Below, piece after piece: positions 46,428 through 64,000 of a stretch of 64,000 nucleotides of DNA. Position 1 is the first letter of the stretch. Each line of letters begins with the position of its first letter. The DNA comes from Eledone cirrhosa (lineage: Eukaryota). The notes beneath the pieces were generated by a model. The model saw only the letters and a list, made by a program, of their open reading frames with translations. It had not been told where the DNA came from and did not search any database. A program made the position numbers and the translations under genes. The DNA lies in the NCBI GenBank assembly GCA_964016885.1, contig OZ024740.1, positions 254,758,001-254,822,000 of the forward strand, in the 5' to 3' direction.

Positions 46428-48670
46428 TCATCATCATCATCACCGTTTTACGTCCGTTCTTCCACGCTAGCATGGGTTAGACGGGTTGTCCTGTTGTGTG
46501 CAGTGTCTGGTCGGCTGACCATGCCTTGCCCATACAGGAACTGATCTGGCTTGATTTCTACAGCTGGATGCCCTTCCTAACACCAACCTCATTTACAGTG
46601 AGTGCTGGGTGCTTTTTCGTGGCGCCTACACGTCCACTTTACAGTGTGGGCTGGGTGCTTTTTTGCCGTGGCACCTCCACGACCACCTTGCGTTGGCGGG
46701 TGTGGGGGCATATTGTTTATATGCTTCAGCATGTACCCATGGGAGGGCGGGTACTCCGTATTACTGCGTGACGCCAGAAGTCATTGTCTTTGAGAGCTGT
46801 AGTTGGGTAAGGTCGGCTTTTATCACCTCATCCAGGTCATCTTGGGTCTCCCCACTCCGCGGTTTCCATCAACTTCTAGTGCTCTGCACCTTTTTATGCA
46901 GCTGTCATGCTTCATACGCATCACATGTCCATACCAGCGCAACCGACTCTCCTGCACACAGCATTTGATTCCTCTTATGCTCAGTCTCTCTCTCAATTCA
47001 TTTATGCTTTGTCGTTCACGTATATTACTGTTGCACATCCATCGGAGCATGCAGGCTTCGTTTCTCTCTAATCTACGTAAGTCTTCCACCTTCAGCGCCC
47101 AGGTCTCACTACCATGCAACATCGCTGTTCGGATACACGCATCATACAGTCTGCCTTTCATTCTGAGGGAGAAGCCTTTTGCAGCTAGCAGTGGTAGTAG
47201 TTCCCAAAACTTCTTCCATCCCGTTCTTACCCTAGTTATTGTACTTTCTGAACACCCGCCCCCGTTACTAATTCGGTCACCTAGGTAGCAGAAGCTGTCT
47301 ACTGTTTCTACAGGGCCCTCCCAGAGATTGATGGTACTTGTTTCCTGTGGCTGTTTGCTGCTTGCTGTTTCAGCACAGCTGCTGCATGTGAATCCTACAT
47401 TCTTAATTAAGTTTCCTGAGATCCCGCTACATCTCTTGTGTACCTATTGTTTGCATTTGGGGCAGAGAATGGAGTTCCTACCTACACCTTTCCTACATAC
47501 TGAGCAAGGCCTGAGGGGATCTGGGTTCTGTTTTCTCGTCTACTTACAAGGACCTTAGTCTTTGTCATTTTGACTTTGAGACCCTTTCTTTCTAGTCCCT
47601 GCTTCCAGGTTTGGAATTTATTCTCTAGTTCTACCATAGATTCAGCTATGAGAGCGAGGTCATCAGCATACAGGAGTTCCCATGGGCGTCCGGTCTTAAA
47701 CTCCTCCGTTATTGCCTGCAGGACTATGATGAACAGGAGAGGGCTAAGAACAGAGCCCTGGTGGACCCCAACCTGTACGCTAAATTCCTCGCTATACTCA
47801 TTGCTAATCCTAACTTTGCTGACTGCTCCCCTATACATGGCTTGTACCGCTTTCACAAGCCATTCATCTACTCCTAGTTTTCTAAGAGCCCACCAGATTA
47901 CAGCGCGTGGAACTCTGTCAAAGGCTTTCTCAAGGTCGACAAATGCCAAGTAGAGTGGCTTACTTTTAGCTAGGTACTTTTCCTGTAATTGCCTCACAAG
48001 GAAGAGGGCATCAGTGGTGCCTCTTCCTGGTACAAACCCAAATTGCATCTCGTCTATTTTCACCCGGTCCCTAATCAGCTGTGCTATAACTCTTTCTGTT
48101 ACTTTCATGACCTGGTCCATCAACTTTATACCTCTATAGTTTCCTCTATCTAGTGCATCGCCTTTACCTTTGTAGCAGTTGACAATGATGCTACTGCACC
48201 AATCTTTTGGTATGGCCCCTTCTAGTATTACCTGGTTAACGATACGTGTGGTTATAGTGTGACCTACAGACCCAGATGCCTTCAGCATCTCGGCAGCTAT
48301 ACCCGATGGACCGGTTGCCTTCCCCATCTTCATATCTCTGATTGCCTTACTTACTACGCTGCCGCTGATTTGTACTGCTGGTCCCTCTATAGGGTCTACT
48401 TGGGGTAGGGTCTCTTCTTCCCATGCATTCTCCTCATTTAGTAATCTATCATAATGACTCTTCCATGCATCTTTCTTCTCAGCACTTGTGAGGGCAAGCT
48501 CCCCTTCATCATTCCGGATACACTTCTCTCCAATGACATCACAACTATCTCTGACACACTGCCTCGCAATCTTGAATACCTCCTGTTTCTGGTCCTCACG
48601 TTGTAAAACATGCTTGAATTTTCTATCCTCGGCTTCCCTCCTAGCTAAGTATACTTGTCGCCTAGCTTCC
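46428..48670 (-). mobile_element. RTE LINE, RT region plus 3' UTR, 5' side ends at a PLE terminus
   Basis: NYRGIKL, QFGFVPG, FVDLEKAFD, GVHQGSVLSP, LYADDL; deletion/frameshift near 47510; (GAT)n tail. Confidence 0.93.
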
Positions 48671-51219
48671 ATAAACATAATATATAAGAACAAAAGATGG
48701 TTAAAAGAGTTCCATGTATTTTATTATGCGCATTTCAAAAACAAATATCATGCAATAATATTTGTGTTTTCATCAGATAAAACAGGGAGACATGATATGA
48801 AGGTTAAAAAACACTTGTGGATAGTTTAGTTTTAAATCAACGTATGAGAAGTAGTTTTAGATTGATGTGTGATATTGGGAAAAATATTTTATTTAGAGGG
48901 GGGGGGGTTGGAAAGGATGAAAAAGAGGAGGAGATGAGAGTAAAAAGTGGAGAGGGAGGAGTATAATGAGGAAGGATGAGATAGGAGGAGAGATGGGTGA
49001 TAGAGAGAGAGAGATAGCTTTTACATAGAGAGGTTGAAAACCGTTGGAAGATAATGTATAAATTAAAAGAATTTGAAAATTAACGAAGAGAAAAAAATAA
49101 TGTAAAGTTAAGGTTTGTATATTGAGGGGTTTGATAATATGTGCGATGAAAAAGAAAATGTTAATATGTATTGAGAATAATATTTAGGGTTTAATAATAT
49201 GTGCGATGTTAAGAAAATGTTGATATGTATTATTAAAAGGAACAACAGGTTATTTAAGTAAGGAAATATTGTGAGATGAATGAGTTAGATGAAAGGGAGA
49301 AAAGAATAATGAATTGAGGATGAATAATCTAACGTCAAAAAAATGTATATGTTTACGAAGGATTTTTACAAGGTGATATAGAGTAAGAATGTATTGTATT
49401 ATGTAATAATTGATTCTATGTTAGGCAACAGTGAGAAAAGGTACAGATTGGGGGTTAGATATTAAAAGAAGAAGAAAAGAAAGGGAAGTGATAAATAGGA
49501 GCGATGTAGAATGAGTAACAATTATTATAGAATGTATAATAACCTTTGAAATAAGGTGGGTATATTTTTAAAAGAAGTGTATATATATATATGTGCCTTT
49601 GAGAAAAAGATTCTAAATTGATAAAGAATTGAATATTAGCTGTATACTTTGTGAAATGTTTTATGGAATTTATGCAAGCAGATAGAAAACAAGTCAGTGC
49701 GTCTATTTATTATAGAATCTAAATTAGAAATAATGGTAAATTTTTCATTTAGACAGAGATTGCAAATTTTGGATAGAGAACTGTTCAAGTATGAAGACGC
49801 AGAAGAAACCTTCTTCCAAAAGATGCTATATTTAATATTTTTGTCTTTCAAGGACCATATGAGTTCTGAGAGAGCCGTGTTGGTTCTTTTAAGTTTGTAT
49901 TTAAAAGACGAATGATGGTTATAAAGACGAGCTTTAAAAGAGGTGGAAGTGGAGCCAAAATAGGTGAAGGAATTGGTGTCAGTTATAACTTTACATTCGT
50001 AAATTAAGTTTTTATCAAGACAATGGTTGTTGAGAGGACATTTATTTTTAATAGGGCAATTGCAATTGCGATTAGAGAGATTATTAATGAGTGACCTAGT
50101 GTTATCTATAGAAGGAATTGGATTGGAGAAGTTATTTGCGATAGGAATAATAGTTTCTTGATTTAGAATGGGATTAAGAACATTTAGCGAAGTTGTGTTT
50201 GACGTTGTATTTGGGTTTGTAGAAATTAGCCTAGGGTTTACAATGACGTCGGGAGTACTATTATTATGATATTCAGTGTTGGAAGGAAGAGATTTAGTAT
50301 TTAGTATTTTATTGTTGTGTTTAGAGATAATGTTGGAAATGTTGGAGGATGTAGAATAGGAAAATTTTATAGTGTGTTTGTTAAATATTTTACTATTGAT
50401 ATGTGAGGGAGGGAAGCATTTATTTAAGGCACTAAAGAATAATTTAGGAATATTGTTATTAATAGAGATGGAGAAAGGAGCATTATACCAGATTATGTTT
50501 TTGTATCTAGGTCTTTTATTAAAGTTATTGGAATGATCATGATTAATTATTCTACTGTAATTTCTTCTAGAATTTGTTTCTTTACTATATTTGATTTTAT
50601 CAGGATAGCCGGCTTTAGAAAGCGCGTTATTATAGTAATTGGCGTTAGCATCAAAGATGTTTTTATTAGAAGATAGGTTAGATATTCTTTTTCCAATATT
50701 ACTAACTATAGCATTCTTGATATTAGTAGGATGGTTAGATTTAAAGTTAACATAATTTAGGTTCTCATTGTTTTTATGGTAAGGGTAATATAGGCTAGTG
50801 TCAAGATTAAGAGATACATCCAAGAAATTAGCTAGTTTGATACTGTTATCAAATTCAATTTTTAGGTTATGTTGGTTAAAGAGATTACGTATATTGTTCT
50901 TAATAATATTAAGGTTAACTATGTTGCAATTTAAGATAGTAAAGAGTCCATCGTCACGATAAATTCCACCGCGAAGTTGAGGAATTTTCCGACTCAAAGA
51001 GTTCAAAATAAAGATACTAATTAAATCAGTCAATTGGGATGAATCGGATGCTCCCATTGTGATGTCGAAGTTGTTAGAGGTATCGGCTCGGGTCCAATAT
51101 TCGTTGTTGAACTCTAGGATAGTTTTATGTGCGGTGAGAATGATGTGAAGTTCATCCGTGGTGATGTCAGAGTATTTAAGTGCGAAAGATAGAGCATTAT
51201 TGAGAAGTGAAAGCGAAAT
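48671..51219 (-). mobile_element. Naiad-type PLE family 2, 5'-truncated; open coding part 49636-51219
   Basis: FDITMGASD, IYRDD, NFLDV, WYNAPF, CNCPIKNKC, LIYEC...YFGST, CNLC. Confidence 0.92.
48719..48782 (-). ncRNA. Hammerhead of family 2
   Basis: uuuuau-CUGAUGA-14 bp stem II-GAAAU-gcgc-AUA-auaaaa; further copies at 52963-53033 (-) and 54363-54432 (+). Confidence 0.82.
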
Positions 51220-51880
51220 CTCTAATTTACCCTTGTGTTCTAAATAGAACATAAAAATAGAAAAATAGAACACGAGGGTAAATTAGAGAACATGGAAATA
51301 AAAATAGAATCTCCACACAGAAAAGACGCAATGTTTAGACAAATCACAGAGGCAATAAACATAAAAGAATTACAACCAAAATTAAATAGAAAATATGAGT
51401 GGAACAACAACATCACAACTTACAATTAAGGACAAAATGAAAACACACACACACATAGAACAAACAACCAACCAGTAACATGTAAATAAACAAATAAATA
51501 AATGAACATAAACACACACAGACACCCGGATGTGGCGCATGCGCAGACTGAGCACACAACACACACACAGAAACAAAATGGCGTAGGACAGAACAAAGGA
51601 GAGGCACAAAAACAAAGAAAGGAATCCCCAGTCACTGAAGAGGTCACAGAGTGTGTGACGAAAGAACTATGACAATATATAAACAACTATCTAGTTGTGG
51701 AACCAACCAACCAACCAGAAATTTATAAATTTATTATAAATTTATTATAATAAATTGAAGTGAAAGCAACTGGTGCGTGTGTTTCTTATTGGCAACATGA
51801 CGCTCCCAAAGTATAACAATATCGGTTTCAACACACGATTTCAGATAAAGAATCTTGCTAAACAAATTCAGAAACGAAAT
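51220..51880 (+). mobile_element. 3' fragment of the 34118-36209 PLE family with short 5' inversion, hammerhead-like motif (51631-51673) and ~58-nt tail extension
   Basis: Homologous to 35645-36209; tctctaatttacccttgtgttcta is inverted to tagaacacgagggtaaattagaga. Confidence 0.85.
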
Positions 51881-51940
51881 ATATATACATATATATATAT
51901 ACATATACATATATATACATATATATACATATACATATAC

Positions 51941-52035
<95 letters not shown>

Positions 52036-52096
52036 CATATATACATATACATATATACATATATATATATACATATATATATATATACATATATAC

Positions 52097-52129
<33 letters not shown>

Positions 52130-52138
52130 CATATATAC

Positions 52139-52171
<33 letters not shown>

Positions 52172-52578
52172 CATATATACATATATATATATACATATAT
52201 ATATATATACATATATATACATATATATATATACACATATATATACATATATATATATACACATATATATACATATATATATATACATATATATACATAT
52301 ATATATATACATATATATACATATATATATATACATATATATATATACATATATATACATATATATATATATACATATACATATATATATATATACATAT
52401 ACATATATATATATACATATATATACATATATATATATATACATATACATATATATACATATATATATATATACATATACATATATATACATATATATAT
52501 ATACATATACATATACATATATATATACATATACATATACATATACATATATATACATATACATATATATACATATAC

Positions 52579-52611
<33 letters not shown>

Positions 52612-52769
52612 TATATACATACATATATATATACATACATATATATATACATACATATATATATATACACATATATATATATACATATATACACACATAT
52701 ATATATACATATATACACATATATATATATACATATATACACATATATATATATATATATATACACATA

Positions 52770-52805
<36 letters not shown>

Positions 52806-52817
52806 CATATACACATA

Positions 52818-52853
<36 letters not shown>

Positions 52854-52865
52854 CATATATACACA

Positions 52866-52899
<34 letters not shown>

Positions 52900-52923
52900 C
52901 ATATATATATATACATATATATA
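51881..52923. repeat. TA/TACA microsatellite
   Basis: Direct reading. Confidence 0.95.
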
Positions 52924-54553
52924 TAATATATAAGATCAAAAGATGGTTAAATGAGTTCCATGTATTTTATTATGCGCATTTCAAAAACAAATATCATCAT
53001 GCAATAACATTTGTGTTTTCATCAGATAAAATAGGAGGACATGATATGAAGGTTAAACACACTTGTGGATAGTGCAGTTTTAAATCAACATATGAAAAGT
53101 AGTTTTAGATTGATGCGTGATATTGGGGAAAACATTTTTTTGAGGGGGGGGGGGTTGGAAAGGATGAAAAAGAGGAGGAGATGAGAGTAAAAGTGGAGGG
53201 GGAGGAGTATAATGAGGAAGGATGAGATAGGAGGAGAGATGGGTGATAGAGAGAGAGAGAGAGATAGCTTTTATAACTGAGAAAAATATATTGTTTTACA
53301 TAGAGAGGTTGAAAAACCGTTGGAAGATAATTTATAAATTAAAAGAATTTGAAAATTAACGAAGAGAAAAATAATGTAAAGTTAAGGTTTGTATATTGAA
53401 GGGTTTAATAATATGTGCGATGAAAAGAAATTGTTAATATGTATTAAGAATAATATTTAAGGGTTTAATAATATGTGCGATGGAAAGAAAATGTTAATAT
53501 GTATTAAGAATAATATTTAAGAGTTTAATAATATGTGCGATGGAAAGAAAATGTTGATATGTATGATTAAAAAAACAGAAGTAATGTAAGTAAGGATATA
53601 TTGTGAGATGAGCATGAATAAGTTAGATGAAAGTGAGAAAAAAATAATGAATAGAGGATGAATAATCTAACGTCAAAAAAAATGTTTATGTTTACGAAGG
53701 ATTTTTTCAAGGTGATATAAAGTAAGAATATAGTGTATTGTGTAATAATTGTTTCTATGTTAGGCACAGTGAGAAAAGGTACAGATTAGGGGTTAGAAAT
53801 TAAAAGAAAAAGAAAAGAAAAGGAAAAAAGAGAAGTGATGAATAGGAGTGATATAGAATATAATAAATAACTTTGAAATAAGGTAGAAAGATGGGTATAT
53901 TTTTAAAGAAGTATATATATATATATATATATATATGTGCCTTTGAGAAGAGGATTCTGAATTGATAAAGTTTAGGATATTAGCTGTATACTTTATGGAA
54001 AGTTCTGTGGAATTTATGCAAGCAGATAGAAAACAAGTGAGTGCGTCTATTTATTATAGAATCTAAATTAGATATAATGGAGAATTTTTCATTTAGACAG
54101 AGATTGCAAGTCTTGGATAGAGAACTGTTCAAGTATAAAGAAGCAGAGGAAACCTTTTTCCAAGAGATGTTATATTTAATATTTTTGTCTTTCAAGGACC
54201 ATATGAGTTCTGAGAGAGCCGTGTTGGTTCTTTTAAGTTTATATTTAAAAGACGAATGATGATTATGAAGACGAGCTTTAAAGGAGGTGGAAGTGGAGCC
54301 AAAATAGGTGAAGGAATTGGTGTCTATCCACAAGTGTTTTTAACCTTCATATCATGTCCTCCTATTTTATCTGATGAAAACACAAATGTTATTGCATGAT
54401 GATATTTGTTTTTGAAATGGCATAATAAAATACATGGAACTCATTTAACCATCTTTTGATCTTATATATTATGTATACTCCAGTCCTACAAACTGTAGAG
54501 TGCTTCTTATCCGATATCTGCATTACTTTATTGTACTACAATAAAACTCACCT
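52924..54553 (-). mobile_element. Second family-2 Naiad-type copy (minus, 52924-54324) with inverted pLTR at its 5' junction (plus, 54324-54553)
   Basis: GIY-YIG C-terminus 53980-54324; 54324-54472 is close to the reverse complement of 52924-53072. Confidence 0.9.
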
Positions 54554-54570
54554 CATACACATATATATAT

Positions 54571-54620
<50 letters not shown>

Positions 54621-54631
54621 ATACACACATA

Positions 54632-54671
<40 letters not shown>

Positions 54672-54706
54672 CATATACACACATATATATATATATATAT
54701 ACACAT

Positions 54707-54740
<34 letters not shown>

Positions 54741-54748
54741 ATATATAC

Positions 54749-54810
<62 letters not shown>

Positions 54811-54830
54811 ACATATACATATACATATAC

Positions 54831-54864
<34 letters not shown>

Positions 54865-55004
54865 ACATATACATATACATATACATATATATATATACAT
54901 ATACATATATATACATATACATATACATATACATATATATATACACACATATATATATATATATATATATACATATAAATATATATATACATATACATAT
55001 ATAC

Positions 55005-55051
<47 letters not shown>

Positions 55052-55086
55052 TATATATATATACACATATATATATATATATACAC

Positions 55087-55117
<31 letters not shown>

Positions 55118-55280
55118 TATATATATATATATACACATATATATATATATACATATACATATATATATACATATACATATATATATACATATATACACAT
55201 ATATACATATATATATATACATATATATACATATATATACATATATACACATATATATATATATATATACATATATATAC

Positions 55281-55357
<77 letters not shown>

Positions 55358-55358
55358 C

Positions 55359-55403
<45 letters not shown>

Positions 55404-55584
55404 CATATATATATACATATATATATATACATATATATATACATATATATATATACATATATATATACATATATATATATACATATATATATACATATAT
55501 ATATATACATATATATATACATATATATATACATATATATATATACATATATATATACATATATATATACATATATATATATAC

Positions 55585-55615
<31 letters not shown>

Positions 55616-55726
55616 CATATATATACATACATATATATATATATACATATATACATATATATATATACATATATATATATACATATATATACATATATAT
55701 ACATACATATATATACATATATCCAT

Positions 55727-55759
<33 letters not shown>

Positions 55760-55784
55760 CATATATATATACATATATATATAC

Positions 55785-55832
<48 letters not shown>

Positions 55833-55928
55833 ATACATATATATATACATATATACATATATATATACATATATATATACATATATATATACATATATAT
55901 ATACATATATATATACATATATATATAC

Positions 55929-56023
<95 letters not shown>

Positions 56024-56208
56024 TATATACATATATATATACATATACATATATATATACATATATACATACATATATACATATACATATATATATACAT
56101 ATATATATACATATATATATACATATATATATACATATATATATACATATATATATATATGTACATATATACATATATATACATATATATATATACATAT
56201 ATATATAC

Positions 56209-56241
<33 letters not shown>

Positions 56242-56270
56242 CATATACATATATATACATATACATATAC

Positions 56271-56305
<35 letters not shown>

Positions 56306-56746
56306 CATACATACATATATATATACATACATATATATATATATATACATATATATACATACATATATATATATATACATACATATATATATACATACAT
56401 ATATATATATATATACATATATATACATACATATATATATATATACATACATATATATATATATACATACATATATATATATATACATACATATATATAT
56501 ATATACATACATATATATATATATATACATATATATACATATATATACACATATATATATATACATATATATACATATATACATATATATATATATACAT
56601 ATACATATATATATACATATATACATATATATATACATATATATATAAATATATATATACATATATATACATATACATATATATACATATACATATATAT
56701 ACATATACATATATATACATATACATATATATACATATACATATAC

Positions 56747-56790
<44 letters not shown>
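54554..56790. repeat. ~2.2 kb TA/TACA microsatellite
   Basis: Direct reading. Confidence 0.95.
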
Positions 56791-56792
<2 letters not shown>

Positions 56793-57588
56793 GTGAATAT
56801 AGACATAGAATATTCGAAAATATTCTGTATGTTTATAATAAACATTTTGAAGACCTAATCGCTATAGAATAGAATACGTCACGTATTACAATTAGATTCT
56901 CGATAAAAGCAAGGGAAGTAATCTACGCGTTTCATTCTTGTTAGAAATCATCAGGACTACATATCCAGTGCTTTTATCGAGAATGACACAGCTAGAGACT
57001 TATAGAATACTTAGCTGTGTACAGGAACTGGTTTGAAAGAGCGGTTGCCGGTCCGGCAGAAATTAGAAATTGGAATAAATGCTCTGAAATAGCGATATAT
57101 ATGTGAATATAGACATAGAATATTCGAAAATATTCTGTATGTTTATAATAAACATTTTGAAGACCTAATCGCTATAGAATAGAATACGTCACGTATTACA
57201 ATTAGATTCTCGATAAAAGCAAGGGAAGTAATCTACGCGTTTCATTCTTGTTAGAAATCATCAGGACTACATATCCAGTGCTTTTATCGAGAATGACACA
57301 GCTAGAGACTTATAGAATACTTAGCTGTGTACAGGAACTGGTTTGAAAGAGCGGTTGCCGGTCCGGCAGAAATTAGAAATTGGAATAAATGCTCTGAAAT
57401 AGCGATATATATGTGAATATAGACATAGAATATTCGAAAATATTCTGTATGTTTATAATAAACATTTTGAAGACCTAATCGCTATAGAATAGAATACGTC
57501 ACGTATTACAATTAGATTCTCGATAAAAGCAAGGGAAGTAATCTACGCGTTTCATTCTTGTTAGAAATCATCAGGACTACATATCCAG
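56791..57588 (-). mobile_element. Retrozyme-like tandem array: 2.6 identical 310-bp units, each with a hammerhead
   Basis: atgtgaatatagacatag at 56791, 57101, 57411; HHRs at 56918-56960, 57228-57270, 57538-57580. Confidence 0.88.
56918..56960 (-). ncRNA. Minimal type I hammerhead (one of three)
   Basis: guaguc-CUGAUGA-u-uucu-aaca-agaa-u-GAAAC-gc-GUA-gauuac. Confidence 0.88.
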
Positions 57589-59907
<2,319 letters not shown>

Positions 59908-60029
59908 GGTGAAGGCGTGTGGCTGAGTGGTTAGAGAATTGGATTCGCAATCGTAAGGTCGTGAGTTCGATTCCTGGACCAGGCGATGCGTTATGTCCTT
60001 GAGCAAGACACTTTATTTCACGTTGCTCC
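59908..60029 (+). mobile_element. tRNA-derived SINE 5' part (3'-truncated)
   Basis: A box tggctgagtgg, B box gttcgattcc, then CORE-like gtccttgagcaagacacttt. Confidence 0.8.
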
Positions 60030-60129
60030 TTCTACCTGGAGTTGCGACCGATAGATAGTATTAGCAATTGGAAAGACCAACGGAAACATTGTTCCCTCGG
60101 TCCGATTTAACGAAAGTCGATCGTTCCTT

Positions 60130-60162
60130 TATATATACATATATATATATATATATACATAC

Positions 60163-60197
<35 letters not shown>

Positions 60198-60262
60198 CAT
60201 ATATATACATATATACATATATATACATATATACATATATATACATACATATATATATATAC

Positions 60263-60296
<34 letters not shown>

Positions 60297-60354
60297 GTAT
60301 ATACATATATATACATACATATATATATATATACATATATATACATACATATAC

Positions 60355-60408
<54 letters not shown>

Positions 60409-60494
60409 ATACATACATATATATATATACATATATATATATACATACATATATATATATACATATATATATATACATACATATATATATATAC

Positions 60495-60531
<37 letters not shown>

Positions 60532-60536
60532 CATAC

Positions 60537-60569
<33 letters not shown>

Positions 60570-60574
60570 CATAC

Positions 60575-60605
<31 letters not shown>

Positions 60606-60804
60606 CATATATATATACATACATATATATATATATATATACATATATATATACATACATATATATATATATATATACATATATATATACATACATATAT
60701 ATATATATACATATATATATACATACATATATATATATATACATATATATATACATACATATATACATACATATATATATACATATATATATATATATAC
60801 ATAC

Positions 60805-60871
<67 letters not shown>

Positions 60872-61141
60872 CATATATATATACATATATATACATACAT
60901 ATATATATATATATACATATATATATACATATATATACATACATATATATACATATATATACATACATATATACATAGATATATATACATACATATATTT
61001 ACATACATATATATACATATATACATACATATACATATACATATATATATACATATATACATATATATATACATATATACATATATATATACATATATAC
61101 ATATACATATGTATACATATACATATATATATATATATATA
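60130..61141. repeat. TA/TACA microsatellite
   Basis: Direct reading. Confidence 0.95.
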
Positions 61142-61848
61142 CATCATCATCATCACGGTTTTACGTCCGTTCTTCCACGCTAGCATGGGTTAGACGGGTT
61201 GTCCTGTTGTGGGCAGTGTCTGGTCGGCTGACCATGCCTTGCTCATACAGGAACTGATTTGGCTTGATTTCTACAGCTGGATGCCCTTCCTAACACCAAC
61301 CTCATTTACAGTGAGTGCTGGGTGCTTTTTCGTGGCGCCTACACGTCCACTTTACAGTGTGGGCTGGGTGCTTTTTTGATGTGGCACCTCCACGACCACC
61401 TTGCGGTGGGGGGCGTGGGGGCATATTGTCTATATGCTTCAGCTTGTACCTATGGGAGGTTGGGTACTCTGTACTACTTCGTGACACCAGAGGTCACGGT
61501 CGTGTGTCATCGCCTTTGAGAGGTGTAATTGGGTAAGGTCGGCTTTTATCACTTCATCCCAGGTCATCTTGGGTCTCCCCACTCCGCGGTTTCCATCGAT
61601 TTCTAGTGCTCAGCACCTTTTTATGCAGCTGTCATCCTTCATACGCATCACATGTCCATACCAGCACAACCGCCTCTCCTGCACACAGCATTTGATTCCT
61701 CTTATGCTCAGTCTCTCTCTCAATTCATTTATGCTTTGTCGTTCACGTATATTACTCTTACAGATCCATCGGAGCATGCAGGCTTTGTCTGTTTCTAATC
61801 TACGTAAGTCTTCCACCTTCAGCGCCCAGGTCTCACTACCATGCAACA
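61142..61848 (-). mobile_element. RTE 3' fragment
   Basis: [18 protein letters not shown]; closely similar to 46435-47120. Confidence 0.92.
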
Positions 61849-63570
61849 TATAAATACATATACAACGCACTAACATATATATACATATATATATATATAC
61901 ATATATATATATACATACATATACATATATATATATATATATATATACATACATATACATGTATATATATACATACATATACATATATACATATACATAT
62001 ATATACATACATATACATATATATACATACATATACATATATATATATACATACATATATACATATACATATACATACATACACATATATATACATATAT
62101 ACATACATACACATATATATACATACATATATATACATACGTATACATATATATATATACATACATATACATATATATATATACATACGTATACATATAT
62201 ATATATACATACGTATACATATATATATATACATACGTATACATATATATATATACATACATATACATATATATATATACATACATATACATATATATAT
62301 ATACATACATATACATATATATATATACATACATATACATATATATATATACATACATATACATATATATATATACATACATATACATATATATATATAT
62401 ACATACATATACATATATATATATACATACATATACATATATATATATATACATACATATACATATATATATATACATACACATATATATATATACATAC
62501 ATATACATATATATATATACATACATATACATATATATATATACATACATATACATATATATATATACATACATATACATATATATACATACATATACAT
62601 ATATATACATACATATATACATACATATACATATACATATATACATACATATACATATACATATATACATACATATACATATATATATATACATACATAT
62701 ACATATATATATATACATACACATATATATATATACATACATATACACATATACATACATATATATATATACATATACATATATATATATATACATACAT
62801 ATACACATATACATACATATACATATATATATATACATATACATATATATATATACATACATATACATATATATATATACATACATATACATATATACAT
62901 ACATATACATATATATATATACATACACATATATATATACATACATATACATATATATATACATACATATACATATATATATATATACATACATATACAT
63001 ATATATACATACATATACATATATATATACATACATATATATATACATATACATATATATATATATACATACATATATATATATATACATATACATATAT
63101 ATATATACATACATATATATATACATATATATATACATACATATATATACATATACATACATACATATATATACATATACATACATACATATATATACAT
63201 ATACATATATATATATACATATATATATATACATATACATATATATATATATACATATATATACATATACATATATATATATACATATACATATATATAC
63301 ATATATATATATACATATATATACATATACATATATATATATACATACATATACATATATACATACATATACATACATACATATACATATATATATATAC
63401 ATACATACATATACATATATACATACATATACATACATACATATACATACATATACATATATACATACATATACATATATATATATACATACATATACAT
63501 ATATATATATATACATACATATACATATATATATATACATACATATATATATATATACATACATATATAT
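61849..63570. repeat. TA/TACA microsatellite
   Basis: Direct reading. Confidence 0.95.
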
Positions 63571-64000
63571 TTGACCTTTCTATACCACGATGGATCTTAC
63601 TGGATCAACAAGAAATCTCAGACCCCATTTGACGTTAGCATGGGGGCGAGTGACTCGGCTGAAATTAGCGACCTTGTGGGCCTGTACATCCTACATAACC
63701 TGAAGAACCTCTTTACCGGCCTAACTGGAGGTTTATACCGAGACGACGGCCTCTTCGCCCTGCATAAGGTTAGCCCCAGAACCACCGATGGGTTTCGGAA
63801 AAACTTAAGCTCTTTCTTCTCTAATCTAGGATTTAGTATAACTATAGATTCTAATTTGACTAGGGCCAACTTCTTAGATGTCACTCTCGACCTAGATACT
63901 TCCCTCTATTACCCGTACCACAAACCTAACGAGTCCCTTAAATATATTAATGTTAATTCAAACCACCCCCAAAACATTACTGATAACCTAGTAAAAAGCG
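63571..64000 (+). mobile_element. Third Naiad-type PLE, 5'-truncated RT running off the window
   Basis: Frame from 63571 reads ...YW...[22 protein letters not shown]...[10 protein letters not shown]...NFLDVTLDL...YPYHKPN. Confidence 0.9.

Noticed and set aside
51220-51273. N-terminus of the 545-aa ORF 49636-51273
   Set aside because: Read-through into an inverted fragment of another PLE; homology starts at about 51219. The same applies to the starts of ORFs 47482-48693 and 18762-19685
56791-57588. CRISPR array or plain satellite
   Set aside because: No variable spacers or cas genes, eukaryotic context; the units are identical and contain a hammerhead
59908-59985. tRNA gene
   Set aside because: A/B boxes are present but there is no proper acceptor stem and it continues into a SINE body
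60030-60129. Further hammerhead (GAAACATTGTT)
   Set aside because: No CUGANGA upstream; at most a truncated half

Overview
Repeat-saturated, very AT-rich animal DNA; the SINE/RTE types and huge (TA/TACA)n tracts suggest an octopus-like cephalopod, which is an inference. Four phase-compatible GT-AG exons of phosphorylase kinase beta (PHKB) lie on the minus strand at 1347-4069. I found no upstream exon, so the remaining ~60 kb may be one giant intron. That region is a nest of retroelements inserted into (TA)n microsatellites. It holds an intact ~7.0 kb Penelope-like element of Naiad type (813-aa RT + GIY-YIG ORF) in tandem with a 5'-truncated twin, three further Penelope-like (PLE) coding families, several non-coding PLE end fragments, RTE and CR1-group LINEs, and tRNA-derived SINEs. 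By eye I find about 19 hammerhead ribozyme (HHR) motifs. Main leads: (1) a covarying bulged hairpin (RCUC-stem-loop-stem-UN-GAGY) downstream of the HHR in six otherwise dissimilar PLE-type families, starting 4-6 nt past where insertions end; (2) an identical 310-nt tandem array with one HHR per unit (retrozyme/circular-RNA-like) and a related ~469-nt family; (3) HHRs with ~90-115 nt stem II extensions and recurrent non-canonical 10.1/11.1 pairs. Nearly all long ORFs in the supplied track are microsatellite artefacts. All RNA structures were paired by hand, not computed.
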